Below the pieces are notes generated by a model. That model saw nothing but the letters and a program-made list of their open reading frames with translations. It ran no database searches and was not told the DNA's origin. DNA of 64,000 bases from Candidatus Oxydemutatoraceae bacterium (GTDB lineage Bacteria; Pseudomonadota; Gammaproteobacteria; Poriferisulfidales; Oxydemutatoraceae). Shown here one piece after another: positions 57,391 through 64,000 of the stretch; the stretch's first letter is position 1, and every line of letters starts with the position of its first letter. Both the position numbers and the translations under genes were made by a program. The stretch spans positions 1,771,913-1,835,912 of the forward strand of contig OZ250161.1 in NCBI GenBank assembly GCA_965237985.1, given 5' to 3'.

Positions 57391-57778
57391 AGCCGTTATT
57401 TCTCTGCAAGAGTGCCACCATGCCCGCGTGAGCGGAAACGCCGTGTGGTTGAAAAAGCGGGAATCTGCTGCTGCCCGGTTCCATTTCTGTTTCCAGAAAG
57501 CATGGCTGGCAGTGGGATACCAGGCAACATGGCCTAAAGCAGGTTTCTTTCCGATCGTCCGGCACTTCTTTCCTGTACTGGAAAGCGGGTGTGACGATCT
57601 GAAATTCGGACATTGTCGAGCGTCTCTGGTTTTGGGTTACAGTCATTCACTCTGACCTCCGGACTCTCCACGGGAATAATTGACTTTTTTTCAGCACCGT
57701 TCGTCAACGGCATAAGCCGCTGATGTCGATAAATGATATTCCGCCTGTTGTCGGGAGTTTTGTTTTTCCGGTGTCTGT

Positions 57779-59267
57779 GCTGACTGCCGACCGCTGACTG
57801 TCGAGCGCTGACTGCTGAGCACTGACTGCTGGGTACTGACTGCTGGGTACTGACTGCTGGGTACTGACTGCTGGGTTACTGACTGCTGGGTACCGACTGC
57901 TGAGTACTGACTGCTGGGTACTGGCTGAGTACTGACTACTGGGTACTGACTATTGGGTACTGACTGCTGGGTACTGACTGCTGAGTACTGACTGCTGGGT
58001 ACTGACTATTGGGTACTGACTGCTGGGTACTGACTGCTGGGTACTGACTGCTGGGTACTGACTGCTGGATACTGACTGCTGGATACTGACTGCTGGGTAC
58101 TGACTGCTGAGTGTTGACCGCTGGGTTACTGACTGCTGGGTTACTGACTGCTGAGTACTGACTGCTGGGTACTGACTGCTGGGTACTGACTGTTGAGTAC
58201 TGACTGCTGGATACTGACTGCTGGATACTGACTGCTGGATACTGACTGCTGGATACTGACTGCTGGATACTGACTGCTGGATACTGACTGCTGGATACTG
58301 ACTGCTGGGTACTGACTGCTGGATACTGACTGCTGGATACTGACTGCTGGATACTGACTGCTGGATACTGACTGCTGGATACTGACTGCTGGATACTGAC
58401 TGCTGCTGGTACTGACTGCTGGATACTGACTGCTGGGTACTGACTGTTGAGTACTGACTGTTGAGTACTGACTGCTGACTACTGACTACTGACTACTGAC
58501 TGCTGGGTACTGACTATTGGGTACTGACTGTTGAGTACTGACTATTGGGTACTGACTGTTGGGTAGTGACTACTGGGTACTGACTGCTGGGTAGTGACTA
58601 CTGGGTACTGACTATTGGGTACTGACTGTTGGGTAGTGACTATTGGGTACTGACTATTGGGTACTGACTGCTGGGTACTGACTGGGTACTGACTGCTGGG
58701 TAGTGACTACTGGGTACTGACTGCTGACTACTGGGTACTGACTATTGGGTACTGACTGCTGGGTACTGACTATTGGGTACTGACTGTTGGGTACTGACTA
58801 TTGGGTACTGACTGTTGGGTAGTGACTACTGGGTACTGACTGCTGGGTACTGACTGCTGTACTGACTGCTGGGTACTGACTGCTGAGTACTGACTGCTGA
58901 GTACTGACTGCTGTACTGACTATTGGGTACTGACTGCTGGGTACTGACTGCTGGGTACTGACTGGGTACTGACTGGGTACTGACTGCTGGGTACTGACTA
59001 TTGGGTACTGACTGCTGGGTACTGACTATTGGGTACTGACTGCTGGGTACTGACTGCTGGGTACTGTACTGACTATTGGGTACTGACTGCTGAGCACTGA
59101 CTGCTGGGTACTGACTGCTGGGTACTGACTGCTGGGTACTGACTGCTGGGTACTGACTATTGGGTACTGACTGCTGGGTAGTGATTGCTGGGTACTGACT
59201 GCTGGGTAGTGACTACTGGGTACTGACTGCTGGGTACTGACTGCTGGGTACTGACTGCTGAGTACTG
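57779..59267 (+). repeat. 1.49-kb array of a 14-nt unit (CTGACTGCTGGGTA and variants), roughly 100 units
   Basis: Read directly from the sequence. Units occur in blocks of variants: ...GCTGGGTA, ...GCTGGATA, ...GCTGAGTA, ...CTATTGGGTA and GTGACTACTGGGTA. A short pure heptamer run, CTGACTA x3, lies at about 58476-58500. The ORF track shows no ORF of 60 aa or more anywhere in 57656-59461. Confidence 0.95.
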
Positions 59268-60507
59268 TGCTATCAGGTGACTGTCTCCTGAATGCTCGGT
59301 TCTGGTCACATCTCCCACCATACTGGAATGTGTTGGCTTTTTCGTGGTGTGACGGGCTGGGGTTATTGTTCTTGAGTGTGGCTGTTGTTTTCAGGGAACT
59401 CTGATTTTATGGTCAAGATGCGGGGCATGGAATGTACATCCCCATTTGAGGGGGGGGACGGTTGATGTTCCAGAACCCTTTTTTTGAAGCGGGATGCGTT
59501 GTCACAAGCGGATTGGCTGTGTACGGTTTCTTGGTGAGATGGAGCGTATGCTTCCAGTGCAAAAGCGGGGTGAGCCTCTGTTGCTCATCTGTCCCCGAGG
59601 GCTTTGATCGTTGTTCCCGGTTGGCTGGGCAGTTGCGGACAGGCGTTCGCCATCATCGGTTCAATAGTTCTGATCCGGAGCCTGGTGCGGCACGATTCCC
59701 GAGTGTTGCGCCGGCTGGTGGGTATTGGCAGTGAAGTGGCAATGGGTAAGACCGTGCCGGTGTTTCGCTGCCTTTTACGGGCAAGCCTGCGCCGGCTACA
59801 TGATTTGAAGGCGGATGGGGGTACGATAGTGGCCACGGAGCTTGCATCAGATGTCGAGGACAACGAAGAACCAGGCAGCAGTCGAGACCGACAGATGCAG
59901 TAAACGGAGAAATGACGACAATGGTCTTTTGGAATGATCAGCACATAATCAGGGTGGAACGGCACCCGCAGCTTATTTATTCGCCGATAGCCACGCTGGC
60001 GAACGCCCGATGCAGAGATTCTTTTCGGACGGCTTCCTGGTCGGGAGACCGGGGGCTGGAGCGACTCGGCCTGCCGGAGAAAGCACGGACAGAACACCCC
60101 GCATGCTCGGGAATCCGCTGAGGAAAAGAGGGTACACTATCATTCACTGTACGAGAGAACAGAGGGTAGGCAAGCGAAAACAGTTCCGAGCGCGTGCGAA
60201 AGTAGAACGTGGTGAAGTGGGTGATTGGTTTCATGGATGTCCCTTGTCGGGGGCTTTGCAGGCATGCCTGTTGCCTCGTTTTTTAGAGGTAGGGACCTTG
60301 GTGAAGCGGTTCCTGACCGGGAAGTAATGGTTGAGGTTTGGGTGGGGATTGGTGGGTGCCATGAAAGAGAATAACCACGAAAGGACCAGCATTGAGGCGA
60401 AAAGTGTTGGTTTTGTGTCTGATGCCTGTTTTGGGATGGCGCCCCGACAAAAATAACCAAAAATTAGAGACCATTCAGGATCATCAATTCAATCAGATGG
60501 TCCTTAC

Positions 60508-61295
60508 GAGGACATCAGGGGGGCGTAGAGTTTGGTTTGTGTTCGACACGACTTGGCAGTCGTCTTCTGGCAGTGGCAGGCTGACTGTGTCACTTTGTCG
60601 GGAGATGGGGAAGCACTGTTTCCATGCCGCCAGGACGCATGAGTTCAAAGGGCACTTTGTTCGAAGACATCGGGGGGGCGTAGCGTTTGGTTTGTGTTCG
60701 ACACGACTTGACGGTCGGCGTCTGGCAGTGGCAGGCTGACTGTGTCACTTTGTCGGGAGATGGGGAAGCACTGTTTCCATGTCGCCAGGACGCATGAGCT
60801 CAAAGGGCACTTTGTTCGAAGACGTCAGGGGGGCGTAGCGTTTGGTTTGTGTTCGACACGACTTGACGGTCTGCGTCAGGCAGTGGCAGGCTGACTGTGT
60901 CACTTTGTCGGGAGATGGGGAAACGCTGTTTCCATGCCGCCAGGACGCATGAGTTCAAAGGGCACTTTGTTTGAAGACATCGGGGGGGCGTAGCGTTTGG
61001 TTTGTGTTCGACACGACTTGACGGTCGGCGTCTGGAAGTGGTGGGTTGACTGTGCCACTTTGTCGGGAGATGGGGAAGCGCTGTTTCCATGTCGCCAGGA
61101 CGCATGAGTTCAAAGGGCACTTTGTTTGAAGACATCAGGGGGGCGTAGCGTTTGATTTGTGTTCGACACGACTTGACGGTCGGCGTCTGAAAGTGGTGGG
61201 TTGACTGTGCCACTTTGTCGGGAGATGGGGAAGCGCTGTTTCCATGCCGCCAGGACGCATGAGTTCAAAGGGCACCTTGTTGAAAGACATCAGGG
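60508..61295 (+). repeat. Tandem array of about five 155-bp units ending about 25 nt before the trpF ORF
   Basis: CATGAG(T/C)TCAAAGGGCAC starts at 60638, 60793, 60948, 61103 and 61258, an exact 155-nt period. A partial first unit begins at about 60508 and a partial last unit ends at about 61295. Confidence 0.95.
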
Positions 61296-61318
61296 AAGTG
61301 CAGTCCTTTTGATGACGG

Positions 61319-61996
61319 TTGTGTGCGTGTAACCGGTCTGCCGTGGCATTTCCTCATTTCAGAACGCGCATAAAAATGTGTGGTATCCGTAATTCTGCAA
61401 CTGTCCGGCAGGCGATGATGCTGGGGGTAGACGCAATCGGCTTGAATTTTGTGGCTTCCAGTCCGCGTTGTATTCTCTTGGGCGATGCCGTGGAAATACT
61501 CCAGGTGCGCCCGATTTTTCTCAGCGTGGTAGCCTTGTTCATGGATGCGGACGCCGGTTTTGTGCGCCAAGTGCTGTCCGCATTGCGTCCCGATTTTTTA
61601 CAATTCCACGGTTCTGAAAGTCCTGATTATTGTGCTGGTTTCCGTGTTCCCTACATCAAGGCTGTTCCTATGGCGAATCTGGAACAGGCAGAAATTTTCG
61701 CTCATCAGCACCATGAACAGGCCGTGGCATTATTGTACGATTCGCACGCACCGGGAACAGCGGGTGGGAGTGGACGTTCGTTTGTCTGGCAAAAGTTGCC
61801 GAAGTGGGTAAGCTGTCCAGTCATTCTGGCAGGAGGGCTGACTGCTGCCAACGTTCATGAAGCCATTTCAGTCACCCGGCCTTACGGGGTGGATGTGTCC
61901 AGTGGGATTGAAAAAACAAAAGGAGTCAAGGATTTATCGCTGATGAAAGAGTTTGTGGAATGCGTGCGTCGCGCTGATCGGGAAGCGCCAGATTGA
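61319..61996 (+). CDS. trpF: Phosphoribosylanthranilate isomerase
   Basis: [33 protein letters not shown] and [16 protein letters not shown]. The exact start is uncertain; the conserved K-x-C-G motif lies at about 61373. Confidence 0.85.
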   Translation: MCACNRSAVAFPHFRTRIKMCGIRNSATVRQAMMLGVDAIGLNFVASSPRCILLGDAVEILQVRPIFLSVVALFMDADAGFVRQVLSALRPDFLQFHGSESPDYCAGFRVPYIKAVPMANLEQAEIFAHQHHEQAVALLYDSHAPGTAGGSGRSFVWQKLPKWVSCPVILAGGLTAANVHEAISVTRPYGVDVSSGIEKTKGVKDLSLMKEFVECVRRADREAPD

Positions 61997-61997
61997 T

Positions 61998-63203
61998 ATG
62001 ACTGAGGCATTGCGTTTCAGCGGGCAGGATCTTCCCGATAGAGGGTATTTTGGCCCTTACGGTGGGCGGTTTGTGGCAGAAACCTTAGTCCATCCTTTGG
62101 AGGAACTGGAAAAGGCCTGGCGGGACTGCCAGAAAGACCCGGTTTTTCAAAAAGAGCTTGATGAGCTCCTGACAAACTATGTTGGCCGGCCCAGTCCCCT
62201 GTATTTTGCGAAAAATCTGAGCGCCGAGCTTGGCGGTGGTGCGGTGTACTTGAAACGCGAAGATTTGAATCATACCGGAGCACACAAAATCAACAGCGCC
62301 TTAGGTCAGGCTTTGCTTGCGAAACACATGGGAAAAACGCGTGTAATTGCGGAGACCGGTGCCGGCCAGCACGGTGTGGCGACCGCGACCGTTGCAACTC
62401 TGTTCGGACTGAAATGTACGGTTTTCATGGGTGCAGAAGATATGGTCAGGCAGAAAACCAACGTTTACCGCATGCGGCTTTTGGGAGCGGAGGTGGTGAG
62501 CGTTTCCGCTGGCACGCGTACTTTGAAAGATGCGATGAACGAAGCGATGCGTGAATGGGTGGGTAGTGTCGAAGATACTTTTTATATCATCGGAACCGTC
62601 GCCGGTCCCCATCCCTACCCGGCTATTGTGCGTGATTTTCAGGCGATAATCGGGCACGAAACTGCTTTGCAACTGCGTGAAATGACTGGGCAGGAACCTG
62701 TTGCTCTGGTTGCCTGCATTGGTGGAGGGTCCAATGCACTCGGCCTCTTTGCGCCTTTCATTTCGAGGAGAGAAGTCAAGCTGTATGGCGTAGAAGCGGC
62801 GGGCAAAGGGATTGCCAGTGGTTGCCATGCCGCATCGCTTACCGAGGGGAAACCCGGTGTGTTGCACGGTAACCGTACTTACCTGCTGGCCGATGATAAC
62901 GGGCAGATCCTGCCCACGCATTCTATATCGGCTGGTCTCGATTATCCCGGTGTCGGCCCAGAACATGCCTGGCTAAAAGATACCGGCAGGGCGGAATACG
63001 TGACTGCCACGGATGCCCAAGCCTTGCAAAGCTTTCATCGGCTGTGCCGGTGCGAGGGAATTATCCCGGCACTTGAAAGTAGCCATGCGCTGGCTTACGT
63101 AGAAAAAATCGCGCCGCAGTTCAGCGAGCGGCAAAATATTGTCGTCAACCTCTCCGGGCGCGGCGACAAGGATTTGGAAATCGTTGCAAGACTTGGTAGC
63201 TGA
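61998..63203 (+). CDS. trpB: Tryptophan synthase beta chain
   Basis: [14 protein letters not shown], the PLP-Lys motif [15 protein letters not shown], and [11 protein letters not shown] 61998 lies 1 nt after the trpF stop; the track start at 61953 is an upstream in-frame Met. Confidence 0.95.
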   Translation: MTEALRFSGQDLPDRGYFGPYGGRFVAETLVHPLEELEKAWRDCQKDPVFQKELDELLTNYVGRPSPLYFAKNLSAELGGGAVYLKREDLNHTGAHKINSALGQALLAKHMGKTRVIAETGAGQHGVATATVATLFGLKCTVFMGAEDMVRQKTNVYRMRLLGAEVVSVSAGTRTLKDAMNEAMREWVGSVEDTFYIIGTVAGPHPYPAIVRDFQAIIGHETALQLREMTGQEPVALVACIGGGSNALGLFAPFISRREVKLYGVEAAGKGIASGCHAASLTEGKPGVLHGNRTYLLADDNGQILPTHSISAGLDYPGVGPEHAWLKDTGRAEYVTATDAQALQSFHRLCRCEGIIPALESSHALAYVEKIAPQFSERQNIVVNLSGRGDKDLEIVARLGS

Positions 63204-64000
63204 ACCCCATTCCGGGCGCATTGCCGATTGTTTCAACAGCTTGCGCAACAGGCGGCGTGTGGCTCTGGTGGCGTACATCGTGGCCGGAGATCCGTCGCCC
63301 GAACGCACGGTGCCACTGATGGAAACATTGGTGGCAAGCGGTGTCGATATCATTGAATTAGGCGTGCCGTTTTCTGACCCCATGGCGGATGGGCCAGCGA
63401 TACAAAGGGCGTGCGAAAGGGCACTTTCCCATAAGACCAGTTATGCTGAAACTGTCGGTTTTGTGGCGGATTTTCGCACATCCAATGCCCGGACTCCGGT
63501 GGTGCTTATGGGCTATCTCAACCCGCTGGAAGCAATGGGATATGAATCGGCGGTGGGTCTGGCAAAAAAGGCCGAAGCAGACGGTTTTTTGATTGTCGAC
63601 ATGCCCCCCGAAGAAGGGGTTTCTCTGGTGGAGGAAATGTTGCGCAATCATCTTGATCCGATTTTTTTGTTGGCGCCGACGACTCCCGAAACACGAATCC
63701 GCACCATCTGTAAATCTGCGCGAGGTTTTATTTATTATGTTTCCCTCAGGGGAGTCACAGGGGCTGGCAATTTGAGTTGTCCTGAAATAGTGCAACGACT
63801 TGCTGAAATTAAACGTCACACCCATTTGCCTGTCGGAGTTGGGTTTGGCATCAAGAACGCTGCTGTGGCCGCCGAAATTTCGGTGCATTGTGATGCGATT
63901 GTTGTGGGTAGCGCCATCGTGCAATGCATCGAGCGCCATCCTGATGACTGGCCACGATGCCAGGCGGAGATCAGTACGCTTTTGCGGTCTATGCGCCAAG
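63193..64000 (+). CDS. trpA: Tryptophan synthase alpha chain (3' end outside the window)
   Basis: It is absent from the ORF track because no stop is reached. My translation reads ...[65 protein letters not shown]...[12 protein letters not shown]...VGFGI. The probable TTG start at 63193 overlaps the trpB stop. Confidence 0.9.
   Translation, partial: MVAEPHSGRIADCFNSLRNRRRVALVAYIVAGDPSPERTVPLMETLVASGVDIIELGVPFSDPMADGPAIQRACERALSHKTSYAETVGFVADFRTSNARTPVVLMGYLNPLEAMGYESAVGLAKKAEADGFLIVDMPPEEGVSLVEEMLRNHLDPIFLLAPTTPETRIRTICKSARGFIYYVSLRGVTGAGNLSCPEIVQRLAEIKRHTHLPVGVGFGIKNAAVAAEISVHCDAIVVGSAIVQCIERHPDDWPRCQAEISTLLRSMRQ

Noticed and set aside
57779-59267. Minus strand of the 14-nt array as a low-complexity Ser/Gln/Pro/Thr-rich coding repeat
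   Set aside because: The canonical unit is stop-free on the minus strand, but the 14-nt period rotates the frame every unit. The abundant ATAG-containing variants introduce TAG. There is no ATG/GTG/TTG-initiated ORF of 60 aa or more anywhere in the array, and no SD.
60800-61213. 137-aa minus-strand ORF spanning the 155-bp array
   Set aside because: The period is not divisible by 3, so it reads successive identical units in different frames. This is an artefact of stop-poor repeat sequence.
63358-63999. 213-aa minus-strand ORF at the window end
   Set aside because: It lies antisense to a clear trpA reading frame with canonical TrpA motifs, so it is spurious.

Overview
The window is a 64-kb bacterial chromosomal segment. 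Its housekeeping synteny looks gammaproteobacterial; this comes from gene order and motifs only, since no database search was possible.

Recognisable core genes:
- Peptidoglycan recycling: amgK-murU.
- A minus-strand cell-wall block: grxD-ppa-mrdA-rodA-mltB-rlpA-dacA-dat.
- A lone hydantoinase-B/oxoprolinase gene.
- argD-argF.
- mutL-miaA.
- aroK-aroB, divergent from mrcA (PBP1A).
- tatD, convergent with a BCCT transporter.
- trpF-trpB-trpA; trpA runs off the 3' end of the window.

Three kinds of non-core material are interleaved with these.

1. Two giant surface-protein genes of 2,735 aa and about 2,340 aa. Both are built from near-identical in-frame tandem units. Both end in the same roughly 190-aa C-terminal module followed by an unusual doubled Gly-rich / hydrophobic / Arg-rich tail.

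2. Mobile-element traces and gene decay:
- an intact IS481-family element with 15-bp perfect terminal inverted repeats and a 7-bp target duplication;
- IS3-family remnants;
- a truncated, twice-frameshifted GLUG-motif adhesin fragment;
- a twice-frameshifted porin-like gene.

3. A striking density of head-to-tail tandem duplications at independent loci:
- about 1.99 kb x4 and about 735 bp x5 inside the giant genes;
- 472 bp x2 covering the mltB 3' end;
- about 241 bp x5 covering the miaA 5' end;
- 170 bp x8;
- 155 bp x5 directly upstream of trpF;
- 78 bp x2;
- a 1.49-kb array of a 14-nt unit.

I found no CRISPR array, rRNA or tRNA. The candidates I would follow up first are the giant proteins' shared anchor module and the pervasive local-amplification phenotype. 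All functional calls rest on motifs read from the supplied translations.
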